From: Ginkgo biloba
Lineage: Eukaryota; Plantae; Ginkgophyta
Direction: 5' to 3'
Length of the DNA stretch: 23,151 nt
NCBI GenBank assembly: GCA_024626585.2
Contig: JANKJI020000002.1
Coordinates: 198,413,076-198,436,226, forward strand
Of this stretch, positions 1 to 13,148 are shown piece after piece. The notes below the pieces were generated by a model. It ran no database searches and was not told the DNA's origin. It saw nothing but the letters and a program-made list of their open reading frames with translations. Positions within the stretch are counted from its first letter, which is position 1, and every line of letters begins with the position of its first letter. A program made the position numbers and the translations under genes.

Positions 1-43
1 ATGGTTTGTGCCACCAAAATTTGATTTGTATTCTTCTCCTTCT

Positions 44-60
44 AAAAAAAAAAAAAAAAA
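44..60 (+). repeat. Poly(A) tract (A17), possibly a retroposon tail
   Basis: 17 consecutive A after a pyrimidine-rich stretch. Retroposon origin is inference. Confidence 0.6.
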
Positions 61-179
61 TTACTCGATTGATTCGTTGAGTCAATAACTCCTAAAATAC
101 TTTGTATTTTATTAGTATTTATATTTAATTACATTTTTTTATCATCTCCTTTCAATAAGAGTTTACAAATTCCTAAGGG

Positions 180-1260
180 GAGATTAGGCTTTGCTATGGT
201 TTCTTGTATGAAGGCTCTGCATCTCCATTGCAACGGTTATCCCTTACCTTTCTTGGCCCCATTAGGGCCCAAATCGTTCATTGAAGGAGATTTATATTTG
301 GCTGCATATAAGAAGGAATGATGCTTTGCCTTTATTGGAGGATGGAGACTCTAATGTATTGCTTGGAGGCTTTATTTTGCATTCGTGGCAATTCTATGGT
401 GACAATTCTATGTTGGGTACCTCTCCATCTTGTTGGGTGTCTCTCCTTTTATTTCTTTGGAGACGATCCAATTAGGTGGTTTGATAATGATCCAAATGGG
501 TGGTGGACAACTCTCCCTATTCTTAGGCACTTAGTGGTTGTTGTTATTTTAAGGTGGGTGTTACTTAGGCGCTCGATGGTTATTACTACTTCAAGGTGGT
601 TATGTTTGGGTGTTTGGCTTTCTGCTAGTGTGTACGTCTAAAGTTCATTCCAATTGGACCAGGTTGACTCTCACCTCTTGAGGCATTATCTAAAAACCCT
701 ATTTCTATGATGTTTATGATTTCTCATCCATGGTGACAACTCAAGATTCTTGTGGTATGGCTATGCATGAAATTCACTCTAGGGTGTGGCTACTCCATCC
801 CTATCCTATTTTGTATTGGTATTTAACTCTGGGTACCCTATATGGTCCTTTAGCATTTTATTGTGGGTGCCCTACGTGGTATCCCACATATTTTTTTATT
901 TTTATTTGATGGAACCCCATGCATAAGATCCCTGTGCAGTTAAGCTAGGGGCAATTTGGTGTGCAATGAAATTTTTTGTCCTATGGTTAATTTGTATGTT
1001 GGCTCCTTGTGTGGTGTCTGAGGTATCTCGATTGGAACCCTGCATGGTTACTTTAAGATTTTGATTCTTGTTAGCTCTAGCTCTAGGAAAGTACCTCACT
1101 CCTAGGGTTTGTTATTACTGAGGATGCTTGGTTTCATGAATGGATAGTTGTGAAGATGTCCATCCCTTTTTTTTTGTAAATGATGTATTCCTTCATATTC
1201 TTGAGAAATAAAAATCAATGTGTGCATATATATATGCACGTATTTTCAAAAAAAGAAAAA
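180..1260 (+). mobile_element. Probable degenerate 3' end of an L1-type LINE (ORF2 C-terminus plus A-rich tail)
   Basis: Broken Trp/Cys-rich frames (CLYWRMETLMYCL resembles the zf-RVT C..C..ET..H motif), followed by TTTGTAAATG, AATAAA and an A-rich end near 1248-1260. No intact ORF. Confidence 0.3.
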
Positions 1261-4200
1261 ATATTTTTTTATCAACAATTGTATCTAATAGTTCAAGAAC
1301 AACCTCTTNNNNNNNNNNNNNNNNNNNNNNNNNNNNNNNNNNNNNNNNNNNNNNNNNNNNNNNNNNNNNNNNNNNNNNNNNNNNNNNNNNNNNNNNNNNN
1401 NNNNNNNNCAAGTTAGTGAGACCATAAACTCATCAAACCCTAGACACCCTCTAGATTTTATAGGTAAAGGAAAAACATCAAAGGTTATGAGTCAACATGT
1501 TAGTATAATCCATAGAATAAGCCTATTTTATTAAGTCTTGTGAAGGACATATTGAGAAGCATAATATTCAATATACATCTAAAACTTTATATTAAAATAT
1601 ATGGTCATATAGAGGAGTAGAATTCTTCTAGTTTGTCTTATTATACTCCCTTCCATCACTCACTCCTTGAAGGGCATACGATAACCACTTTTTTAGGCCA
1701 AGTANNNNNNNNNNNNNNNNNNNNNNNNNNNNNNNNNNNACCAAATTATTTCTCATTAAGAGTCAACCTCCTCTCTATTGTGCAATCCCTAAGACCCACT
1801 ACTAAGCATGTTTTTGTACAATGTATGTCAGTACATTATACTTTAAATCTAAAATCATCATCCTAACCTCCACTCCTAGTTTCCATGTAATACACCACCA
1901 TAAGGTCAAATGGATACCATGCAATAGAATATTTTAAGGGAAATTGAATTCATCTAGTATCAGTCCATTTTGTCAAAGTCATTTTATCCTTACATATTTT
2001 TCTTCTTAGATCACTCTTTAATGCCATCTTGANNNNNNNNNNNNNNNNNNNNNNNNNNNTTATAAGTATACATTGAAACTATAATCTTCTACATTATTTC
2101 TACATGTTATTTCTTAGCCTGTCATAAATTAATAAAAATAAAATTAGTCTAAAATATAAATTTTAGTTATATATATGCATGTATGAGGTGATGTACCTAA
2201 TGGTATAAGATTGAAGGTTTCCTTTAATATGTAGAGTGTTGATTGATAACTAAGGGGTAAATCATCACTTTAATNNNNNNNNNNNNNNNNNNNNNNNNNN
2301 NNNNNNNNNNNNNNNNNNNNNNNNNNNNNNNNATAGTATAGATTTATCCATGTTTGCAATAAATTTCTCCATAAAATTTGACTCTGTATGGATTTAGAGA
2401 AAATGTGTAGCACTTCTTTCATGTGTCATGGGTTTTTCTGAATGCATTGTGTTTTCTCCTAAAGCACCGCTATATATTTTTCTTAAGTATGTAACTCATG
2501 CCTCAAGATTCTCCCCACATGCCAATTTTATAGATGACCTAAGATTACGACTTGGAAATACTTTCAAACCTGCCACAACACCCGTATAGTAACCTATAAT
2601 AAGATTTTAATATCACAAAGATTTGCACAAGTGGATAAGAATAGAATTCATAAAAGAATATATGATAGATCTCATGAACATAAGATATTGGACAAAGAAA
2701 AATAATCTCTCAATTACAAATAGAATACAAAGTGTGTAAAGATGTGAGAACACAATTCTATGTCTTCTTTTATGAGAAGACGATATTATAAATATAGTAA
2801 CATAANNNNNNNNNNNNNNNNNNNNNNNNNNNNNNNNNNNNNNNNNNNNNNNNNNNNNNNNNNNNNNNNNNNNNNNNNNNNNNNNNNNNNNNNNNNNNNN
2901 NNNNNAATGATCTAGACTAAAATCCTTTATGGATGAATTGATTCTCTATATCATTGGTTCAATCTTCCTCTTCCTTTTTGCATCTACATGTAGCATAGGT
3001 GTACGAATGCATCTTCTCTCCTTTGGACAACAATTTTAATTATTTAAACATTAGAAAATATTTACTTTCATGGTCTTCCTTGCAAATACCATATTGGACT
3101 CATATTATATTAATTAGATAATCATTTAGTGAGTTCTTACGTCCATATTTGGAATAGAAAATAATAATGGAGTTAAAGTGACCAAATCATGTTTTCTTCT
3201 CCAACATTTTTAATTTCTTAATTATGTTGCAATTGAGGATAGAATATCCTTCGCAAGCAACATGTTTCTCAATTCTACTTTATGTATGGTTTTAGATGTT
3301 AACTAGCAGTGCCTTAAGCTCATAAGTAGAAATGTTATTGCATGAATGGGATTTTACCATCCCACTTCTTGGAATCTCTAAAGTACTACAATTATAATTA
3401 TTTATTTTTTTGCAGTATGGCTAAATTTATCTATTTAACAATCATCAATATATTGGACAAAGTCCCATTAATATTGATCTATAGCCAAAGATGACATACA
3501 TAGCAAACATATCACTTGAGATTTGATAATCCAATCTATAGCATGTTGCTTATATCATTGAATTGTCGAATTAATAAATTGCCCTTCAAAAATAACATAA
3601 TGTGGAATCTTATTAATTGATTCTCCTACCCTTATTTTGTTCCAATGAGTAATTTTTGTGTCTTCTTCAACTCAGCAAATGCTATTCTAGGATTTCTAGT
3701 CAAGTCTTTGACAATCCACTTCAATTTGCTTCAATGAACTACACTTTTCTCCATCCCCAACCTTGAAGTGTTTGGCCACTAACTAAACTCTGATTGTTTG
3801 CAAAAGTGAGGACTCAATTATATAAAGCAAGTTGCAAGAATAAGGATATTAATACCTTAGCCTCCATGTTTGTGCAACCATATAAGGTTATACCCCTTTT
3901 TTTAACAAAACTTTGATTAGTCGTCACTTTGATTGGTCATGCCAAAGGAAAATTCCAATGAGCTTTCGCACAATGTTGTACCTAGCTAGATGTTGAGAGG
4001 AATCATCTAGCACATAAATGACTTATGGTTCTACGAAATCATTAGATTATAAAGCCAATTTGTTAATCATGTCTTAAAATAGGTTCACATATTTGTTTTA
4101 TCGATCATCTATTTGTTGAGCATGATCCAAATTTTACAAGTTGGCTTGTGTTGCTTGTACCAGTGGTATTAGAATAGAGTTCAAGTCACATTCTTCACAA

Positions 4201-6243
4201 CAATGGCATTCACAAGGAATGTGGAGTAATTACAATAAATTATTGAAAAGTAACAACAACATTTGAATGAATTGCGAATTAAAAGATTCACAAATGAGAA
4301 ATCAAGAAAGAGAAGAAGGCCCTATAGAAGTTACTAAGAAAATTCTTGAAGCAACCCATACAGAGATTTGTGTTATTAGTCATTCAAACTGGGCAAAATA
4401 AATTCACTCTGCATTCTGGGTGTTTCGCCCCGTATAAAAACATGCAATTGGAGAGACCCCATTTCATTTGGTCAATGGGTTGGCCACCATTATTCCAATT
4501 TCAAAAAGTCCAACAAGTGGGAGAAGACAAAGTAGAAGAATAAAGTCTATTATAAAAGAAAATAACAAAGAAGATGAAGAGAAGAAAATTGTTAAAAACC
4601 ACATTTTTAAGAGGATGCATGTGGCCACTTGGTTTAGGATATTTTTCCTCTAAAATGGCCATGAGCCTTTGTGTATTAACTCACACTCTATATAAGCGCA
4701 ATTTTTTAATGCAAATCTCCCTCTCATAATTTCAAGTCTTTTAGCTTGTCATATCTATCTTTCAACCCATGAAAACTAGTATTTTTGTTAAAATTACTTG
4801 GGGTTTAATAGGATTATTGAAGTTGAAGCATGTAGGTATATTAGTTGGGGGGTAGCAGGTTGATGTCCAAAGGCCTTAATGAATAATTGAATGAAAATAC
4901 AAAGCAATTTAAGTTGGATTTATCTCAATAGGTCCTAGGACGGCCACTTCATAGATTTACAAATCCCAATTAGAGCCTTTAGGATTAGTTTAAAAACAAA
5001 CCAAAGGGTCGAACAAATAGGACAAAGCTAAGAACCATTGAGATCCACAACCAAGATCACTTGGTAGGAAGGAGGGTAATAAATGAGTGAGTTAAAACTC
5101 CATAATGGTATATACAAGAAATTGATAAAAAATAATGATATTTTTTNNNNNNNNNNNNNNNNNNNNNNNNNTTGATGAATGTGTCGCATCCATCAATTAA
5201 CAATTATAGTTCAATAATGTTTTTGTCTAAATTTTGCCATATGCCAAGTTGCTTTGTGATTGAATTTCTATAGTTGTATAAGAAATGGTTGGTTCTAACA
5301 CTTGACTCTACCAACCCAATAGGACTTGATTGAGTCATACACATTTGTGTATTTAAGAAGGGCACCAATATGTGAAAGTAATTCAGAATGTTTGGATTTG
5401 TTCAAATTTGAAATATGATCTTGCTAAGGGTGAAGTGAACACTAGCCCTATTGTGGGAAGTGCCTTAGAAGCTTGGTGATGTCAGATTTTGAACATGTGA
5501 CTGTAATATCAAAAGTCAATTAGCATAAATGCCATCTTGTTTATATTACAAAATTGTCCATTGGAGTTGCATACTATATGAGAATCCTTCTACGGTCCCA
5601 ACAAGTCAAATAACTTGCTCCTTTAAGGTTTGGCAATTATTCTTTAGTTAGCTTTAGTGTAGTGTATCTCTTGGATCCAACATCTATTATGGCCCTCATT
5701 AACGGATGTTGACCTCCTGCTTCAATCAATCTCAATCCTCTTCAAGCAAACCTTTCCCTTAAATCATATACCACATCGGAAAGGCTCATGGAGTAGCACC
5801 CCAAATCAGTGCATCTGTATGCACCACCCATACTACCCGCTAGTAGTCAACAGGCCCGAGGGTCAAAAATCCATTAACAATCATCAAAACAATAAAGCTA
5901 TAAGCATGGCTAACACACATGGATAAAAATGCATCTCCACTTGGTGACAACTATCTTCATTTTCATTTATTGGATCATTTTTATTAGAGTTTTAGATGCC
6001 AACTGAATAAGCCATTTCAGGTAGTCCTTAATGCCCAATAATGGATGTGAAGTTAAGTTGTTCAATCTACCTTTTTCCCTAATAGTCTACCGTTTGAGTC
6101 TATAGTCTATTTACACTTTGTATATGCATTAATTGTTATTTAACAGAAATGATTATTTTTTAAGCACCTGTACTTCAACAAGTATCTTTTTTACAACACT
6201 TAATTATATTAGCATGAAGGTTTAGAAGGTGGGACTATTATAG

Positions 6244-6256
6244 TGGTATCAAAGCC
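6244..6256 (+). promoter_or_regulatory. Primer-binding site (tRNA-iMet type)
   Basis: TGGTATCAAAGCC, one mismatch to the TGGTATCAGAGC consensus, just upstream of the gag remnants. Confidence 0.8.
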
Positions 6257-6379
6257 TAAGGGAGGATTCAAAGATAGAATCTAAAATCTTAAATAAGTTA
6301 AAATCCATTAAGGTTAAATTTAGAAAGATTAAGAAGGATAATCATAATAAAGAGAACCTAATCCTTACTTGTGAAATAT

Positions 6380-7262
6380 GAAGGAAATAGGAGGAGATGG
6401 AGCAAGCCAACAAACCTATAGTGGAATAATATTTCTAAACTAAATAAAGTGCCATGAAAATAATCTAAATTTTAAGAACTAAAGCATAAGAGATCTAGAA
6501 GGGAATGGAAGCTACTCTCGAATGGAAAATAACTAAATAGTTTATAGATTTTAGACTATAATGGTTGACTCTTAGTACTTCTTTCCAAGAAAGAGTAAGG
6601 CTCGTTGATAATTTTTTTACATACTTTAGTATATTTGAGGAGAATATAATTACTATGGTTTCTATGAAATTAAAAGGATCTATTAGAGAATGGTATAATA
6701 GTGTCCAAATAGAGATGGTAGGTGATATAACACAGAAGATCACAACTTGGATTGAGTTGAAGGAGGTCATGATGAAGAAGTTTACACCCCAGAAATAGAT
6801 ACATGAAAATTATACCTAAGTGTGGGGCTTAAGGAAGATNNNNNNNNNNNNNNNNAGATGAATAAAATTTGAACACAACTATTATATTTAGCCATGAGGT
6901 ATAAAATATATATTTTATGCGTGGATTAGAACCTCACATTTGATAGAGGGTATCGATTAATCAACCAAAGACCATGGATTCTATGGAGAACATTACCATA
7001 TAGGTTAAATCAAATCAATTTAACGAACCATATTTATGTAAGAAGGCATTCCAAGGAAAGAGAGATTTATCATCTTGCAAATAGTTATTCTCTAAGAATA
7101 AAGGCAAGAAAATTTTTTACTAGAATAATTTTTTAAAGTCTTCTCAATAGAATAAAGGAAAATAAATTCAACAAAAAGGAGACAAGAAACCTTAGTGTAA
7201 GGAACACAAGAAACTACAAATCAAGTTCTTTGAATGTGGAGGAAACCATATGAGATGAATTA
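6380..7262 (+). pseudogene. gag: Retrotransposon gag remnant
   Basis: ORF 6565-6798 reads KLKGSIREWYNS...ITTWIELKEVMMKKFTP, typical of Retrotrans_gag. A degenerate zinc knuckle (KFFECGGNHMR) lies at about 7223-7256. Boundaries approximate. Confidence 0.8.
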
Positions 7263-7419
7263 TCGTACCTTTGATCAAATTACAATATTAAGAAGGATAA
7301 AAAGGTAATTATTTTGGTATGCGAGGAGAGCACATCAAAGAAGACACTTATAAAAATGAATTAGGAAGAGTTTATGGTAAAGTTATCCATCATAATTTGA
7401 GAGTACAAAGACCATTTAA

Positions 7420-10290
7420 ATTTTGACATCATGAAGATCATAAGGTATGATACAATCCTTGGGAAGAAATCACTATGTTAATATAACATTCACATTTTAT
7501 CTTGAGATCATATATTATACTTCCACAAGGGAAAGAAGCCAAAGTTGCATGGGGATCATAAATCTTGACAGATTCCTTTGGTGTTGGTAGTTAAACTAAA
7601 GAGGGTGATAAGAAAATTTGATAGTTATGCATTGTGATTATTTATGATATAATTTCCCTAATTAAAAATAATACTAAAGAATTTCTCAAACAAATGATAT
7701 ATTTATTATCAGAGTACATCAATGTGTTTCTTAATTAATTTCCAAAAATATTGTTAATGGAATGAGAAGTGGACCATCGGATTATTCTCAAACTAGAATC
7801 AAGGCCAACTTATAGATTGCTTTACTACTTAAGTCATGTTGAGAAGGGGAAGGTTGAATAATATATTAAAGAATTATTAGATCAAATATTCATTATATCC
7901 TCTAAGTCTTTGTTTGGTGCATTGATGTTATTAGTAAAGAAAAAAGATAGGCCCATGGGGATGTATTTTGATTCTTGAGCACTTAACAATATCACCATAA
8001 ATGATAAACATCCTCTTCCATAGATTGATCATATCTTAGATACTATGAAGGGAGTAATTATTTTATCTAAGATTGATTTGAGGAGTTTCTATCATTAAAT
8101 CCAAATTCATCATAAGGATATGGAAAAAAACAACAATTACTACGAGAGATGATCATTAAGAGTAATTGATTATTCCCTATGGGATTATTAATGCTCTAAC
8201 TACTTTTATGGGATTACTGAATAATATCATTAAACCTTTCTTAGTTATTTTTTTTGGATGATATTGTGATTTACGATCAGAGTAAAGAGGAACATAAAAA
8301 CATCTCCTAATGGTCTTTGATGTCCTAAAGAAGGAGAAGTTATATGTTGAGTGATCAAAGTATGACTTCTATTAAGAAGAAGTAGAGTCTATTGGGCATA
8401 TACTTTTAGCTAAAATCATGGAAATATATCCAAAGAAGGTAAAAGTGATCTATAAGTGAAAGACTCTAGTATCCACAAGGTGAGAAGTTTACTTAGATTA
8501 GCTATCTTTTATCATAACTTATAATAGATTTTTCAATGTTGTCAGTACCTTTAATAGAGTTACTTAAGAAATTTAAGAGACTCATGTGAATAGAAGAGTG
8601 TCAAGTGAGATTTAACTTATTGAAGCATATACTAACAAAAGCACCACTCTTTACTTTACTTGATATGGAAAGACCTTTCACCATCTTTACTGATACAAGT
8701 AGAGTTGTTATTTGAGTAGAACTTACACAAGATGGTAAGGTAGTGGTATATAAAAAGAAGAAGATGAATGAAATAAAATAAAGGTATCCTATTTATGACT
8801 AGGAGTCTAGTGGTTATTCATGCTATAAATATTTGAAAGTATTATTTGAAGAATAATGAGTTTGAAGTGGCTAAAGATCATAATCCTTTGTTGTCCTTTC
8901 CTACTAAGTTTGAATTAGGGTTTAGGAAGTACAATTGGGCTATGACATTTGACGAATTCAAGCCTAAGATGATTTAGAAAGTAGGGAAGGAAAATATAGT
9001 AGTAGATGCACTATCGAGAATACCACATGTAAATAATATTTAAGTTGCGTAGGGATCTTTTAAGAAAGAAATCCAAGAACCATAGGAGTAAAACAAATGA
9101 TGTACAGAGGTAAAGCACACTTTAAAACATGGTGAATATATGTAGAATTTTATATATCATGATGGACTATTATAGTATAGGGATCAAGTATTTACCCTCG
9201 ATATTGCCTAGTTGAAGTATAAATATTATATGAATCACATGGTAGTTTGATTTCTAGCCACATGGATAGGGAAAAAACAAATGAGACTACTGGAAAGTAT
9301 GTTTATTGGAAGAATATAAAGAAGGAAATTAATGACTATGTATGGATGTGAGCAATGTCAAGTAAACAAGGCTGAGAGAGATAAGCCAATCAGATTTTTG
9401 ATGCCATTGCCTATAGCTAATGGCAAGTGGGAAAGTATCTCAATAGATTTTGCGACGTCCTTACTAAGAATGTAGCTACAACATGATCAAATATTGGTGG
9501 TAGTGGATCGCCTTACAAAGATGACAAGGTTTANNNNNNNNNNNNNNNNNNNNNNNNNNNNNNNNNNNNNNNNNNNNNNNNNNNNNNNNNNNNNNNNNNT
9601 TCAAAGAGCATCATGAGTGATTGAGATTCCACACTCACTATTCATATTTACACAAAATTATTTCATGCATTGAGTACTAAGTTGAGCTTCAATAGTGGTG
9701 ATCATCTTCAAACTAATGGAGAAATTGAGAGAGTCAACCAGACTATGGGGGATATGTTAAGGTCTAATATGGTGGCTAGATAGACTAACTGAGAAGAGAG
9801 GCTTCCATTTCTGGAGTTCACATACAACAATAATAATTATTTAGATACATGTATANNNNNNNNNNNNNNNNNNNNNNNNNNNNNNNNNNTTAATTTCTTT
9901 AGAAATTTATTTGAAGAATTTCAAAAGGAAAACACAATTTCCCTTAAAAGTTCTTAAGAAAATGTATTAAGATTAAGGGAATGTGGGAAGAATAGATAAA
10001 TCACAATGTCATACTAAGTTGTATGTGGATTAGTATTTATTTCTAAGTCTTTCAATGTGGGAGATAGGGTGTATCTCTAAGTTAATCCAAATAGTTCATT
10101 ATTAACTAGACGATATGCTAAGTTTGTCACCTTAGTATTGCTTTCAATGTAAGTTAAAGTTAATGAAGTAACTTATATACTATAATTACTTACTCATGTA
10201 TAGTTACATCTAGTTTTCCATGTAAGTTTCTAAAATAAGGCCTTATCAATATATAATAATGATTTGCCTTCCTATATTGATGCTCATAAA
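7420..10290 (+). pseudogene. pol: Gypsy pol remnant (protease/RT/RNase H/integrase)
   Basis: RT motifs LLVKKKD, HPLP*ID, SKIDLRSFYH*I, PYGIINA and FLDD (8251-8262). RNase H motifs FTDTS, DHNPL and NIVVDALSR. Integrase motifs CEQCQ, WESISIDF, VVVDRLTKM, SD*DS, QTNGEIERVNQ, VGDRVYL and HLVFHVS. Confidence 0.93.
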
Positions 10291-10432
10291 GTAGAACATG
10301 AAGTATAAAATATAATTTTTATATTGTATAAAAGAATAAGGAGGATAAGAAATATGGATATAATAGAATATACTATAGGGTGGTATAATATGCCTATTGG
10401 ATAATAATTTGGGAATTTATTTAATTTGTTAA
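10291..10432 (+). other. Integrase C-terminal chromodomain remnant
   Basis: EHEV*NI...EYTIGWYNMP...WEF matches the E-Y-x-V-x-W..P...WE chromodomain pattern, lying between integrase and PPT. Confidence 0.7.
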
Positions 10433-10466
10433 AGAAATTAGGCTCATTGAGGGGAATAATCTCCAC

Positions 10467-10480
10467 AGGGTGGGAAGAGA
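10467..10480 (+). promoter_or_regulatory. Polypurine tract; putative 3' LTR begins about 10481
   Basis: AGGGTGGGAAGAGA shortly after the chromodomain. The expected TG at the LTR start is not preserved (CATTATG). Confidence 0.6.
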
Positions 10481-12989
10481 CATTATGACCCATTTTTCCT
10501 TGAAATGTGGGCCAAATACATCCATGAAGGATGAATTAAAATAAACATTCAAATATGTTTCTAAGTTTAAGTTTAATGATGGGATCAAATCACTAATATT
10601 GGACATGATGATCAAATCCCATGGTAAGATCATTCAAAGAGAGAAAACTATAAAAAGAAGATCCAAGAGGGTCCACTAGTAGAGGGAACATCCCTTAGAG
10701 GAATAATTTGGACCATTAGAGAGCCATAAAGGTATTATTGGGGTTTGGGATATNNNNNNNNNNNNNNNNNNNNNNNNNNNNNNNNNNNNNNNNNNNNNNN
10801 NNNNNNNNNNNNNNNNNNNNNNNNNNNNNNNNNNNNNNNNNNNNNNNNNNNNNAACAACCAAATGCTACAATTCAATTGTTCGTGGGTCTACTTGCATTC
10901 CTTTTCACCATTCTATAAATATAAACTAATATTAGTCAATATAAAAAATAGAGAAGTTGTGTGGTCTAGATTGTAGGAGAGAATTTGTAGTCCCTTGCTA
11001 CATAGGGACTATAAATGTTTCTTTTAGTCTTCTCTAAACAAGTTTGATACACTTCTCCTTTTTCTCTTTGACATGACAAAAATGTTTATACTTTGCCCTT
11101 TAATCATATATACCTCTTTAATTAATTATATTCCTATCTTTTTGCATTTATACATTTGACCCAAGAGTTTCAAAAAGCCTACTCCTATTGATTATATCTT
11201 CTACAATCTCCACATACATATAAATAAGATATACATTAAATCTTACAACTTTTAACTTTGGCCATCTTCTTAACCTATTGAATAGTTGTGATGCCAAATG
11301 TAAATGCAACTTTCTTTTTGTATACAAAGGTTAAATGACTATAAAAGTTTGGATACAAGCAATGGTATAGCTTAAACTCACATAGGAGAAACTATCTAAT
11401 TAAAATTAATTATTTTCCATATTATGGTCAGAGCATCACTCTAAGAAATCAATTCAAAAGCGTTTATATGGAACTTTCCCACATATCCCTTCAAGGTTTG
11501 CCTTTTTACAGCACAAAAAGTTAAATTTGTGGACATTGAATACAAAAACAAAGTTGTCATGAAACATTAGAAGGAATATTGACTACTAACACTGCACAAG
11601 TCCATTCCCCTAGAGTCATGTCAATCAAACATATGTCCTGACAGCATAAGCAACAAAGAAATCAATGGGGCCCTACCACATTAAGCACTTGTTTATGCCA
11701 TAAAAATGGAGGTGATAATGGAGAACTTAGGTCTCCAAGATAATAGAGGNNNNNNNNNNNNNNTTGTGCAAATGCGAGGCAACTTTTCCATGATATTGAC
11801 CCTTGTGACCTGAACATTAGAAATATACGAGTAACTTTCATTCTTTCAGATCTGATCACATTTATGTCCCCTAAATATGTGCAGGGCAAAAAAGAACAAG
11901 CACACCTGACAATGCAAATATATCCACAAACGTAATATCATGAGTTTTGTTAATGATGTATGCTCCATATAGCATATACATTTCTTGACATGTAACAAGA
12001 ATTAGGATCACATTTCATATACCTGAAGCAACACCCACTGTATAGATTTCCTACACCTGACATGTAGCTAGTGTCCATGATGAATTGGGTTGCATTGTGC
12101 TGATCCAACTTTTCTAGAAGTCACAATTTGTAATTTTCTTGACCCCGGTATATTCCAAGAGTATCCTCCTTCCATGCATTCTGAGACTATTAAGTCAGCA
12201 TGTAACTTCTTATTTATGCCTATTTGCACATATCTCTCCAATTGAGAAACTTTGCTCAGTACAGAAATCTAGATTGGCTCTGCTTCCAATCAACTGAGAG
12301 AAAAAAAAAAAAGATAAATCAGAACCCTTATTGTTCCCCGCCACATGCTCCTCATATATTAACTCCCAGCACTTCAGATCATGGTTTACTCTGTGGTAAA
12401 TCACAAATATTGCCAGAACTTTGAAACAGACGATGGCCTAATAATATTGAAAACAGTTACTCCGTANNNNNNNNNNNNNNNNNNNNNNNNNNNNNNNNNN
12501 NNNNNNNNNNNNNNNNNNNNNNNNNNNNNNNNNNNNNNNNNNNNNNNNNNNNNNNNNNNNNNNNNNNNNNNNNNNNNNNNNNNNNNNNNNNNNNNNNNNN
12601 NNNNNNNNNNNNNNNNNNNNNNNNNNNNNNNNNNNNNNNNNNNNNNNNNNNNNNNNNNNNNNNNNNNNNNNNNNNNNNNNNNNNNNNNNNNNNNNNNNNN
12701 NNNNNNNNNNNNNNNNNNNNNNNNNNNNNNNNNNNNNNNNNNNNNNNNNNNNNNNNNNNNNNNNNNNNNNNNNNNNNNNNNNNNNNNNNNNNNNNNNNNN
12801 NNNNNNNNNNNNNNNNNNNNNNNNNNNNNNNNNNNNNNNNNNNNNNNNNNNNNNNNNNNNNNNNNNNNNNNNNNNNNNNNNNNNNNNNNNNNNNNNNNNN
12901 NNNNNNNNNNNNNNNNNNNNNNNNNNNNNNNNNNNNNNNNNNNNNNNNNNNNNNNNNNNNNNNNNNNNNNNNNNNNNNNNNNNNNNNNN

Positions 12990-13148
12990 AAGACAACAGA
13001 GCTATATAACAGAGTGTCAGTCCATCACGACGAAGAAGAGGGTACATTGAAAGCATGGAATAAACTACCAGCCACTTGAAGAAAAGAGGTTCTTCCAAAG
13101 CCAAAAGGCTTGCAGGTAGAAGAGGCAACAGCACTGATTTTTCATGGA
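12990..13148 (-). CDS. ALG6: ALG6 exon, visible part (VHEKSVLLPLLP...YIALL)
   Basis: Acceptor gtgacag|TCCATGAA (phase 1, split Val codon). Runs into the 523-N gap. Confidence 0.9.

Larger units (their letters stand above)
6244..10753 (+). mobile_element. Degenerate Ty3/Gypsy chromovirus LTR retrotransposon (internal region plus start of putative 3' LTR)
   Basis: Order is PBS, gag, zinc knuckle, protease remnant, RT, RNase H, integrase, chromodomain, PPT, which is the Gypsy arrangement. Many stops and frameshifts. Ends at a 100-N gap. Confidence 0.93.

Noticed and set aside
1780-1960. Minus-strand PFDLMVV resembling an integrase motif
   Set aside because: A single short match with no supporting downstream motifs.
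2570-2805. LTR-like sequence in reverse orientation
   Set aside because: Compositional impression only; no PBS, PPT or partner LTR.
2906-4200. Possible decayed minus-strand gene (e.g. KWIVKDLTRNPRIAFAE, HWNKIRVGESINKIPHYVIFEGQF)
   Set aside because: Stop density is about what AT-rich random DNA gives and no family motif was recognised. It needs a translated homology search.
11640-12466. Splice-like CAG|GT signals and short ORFs downstream of ALG6
   Set aside because: No recognisable protein. The ALG6 C-terminus would fit in the 523-N gap, so this is probably UTR or intergenic.
12381-13079. Long ORF-track entries (232 aa here; also 17035-17463)
   Set aside because: Artefacts of reading through N runs.
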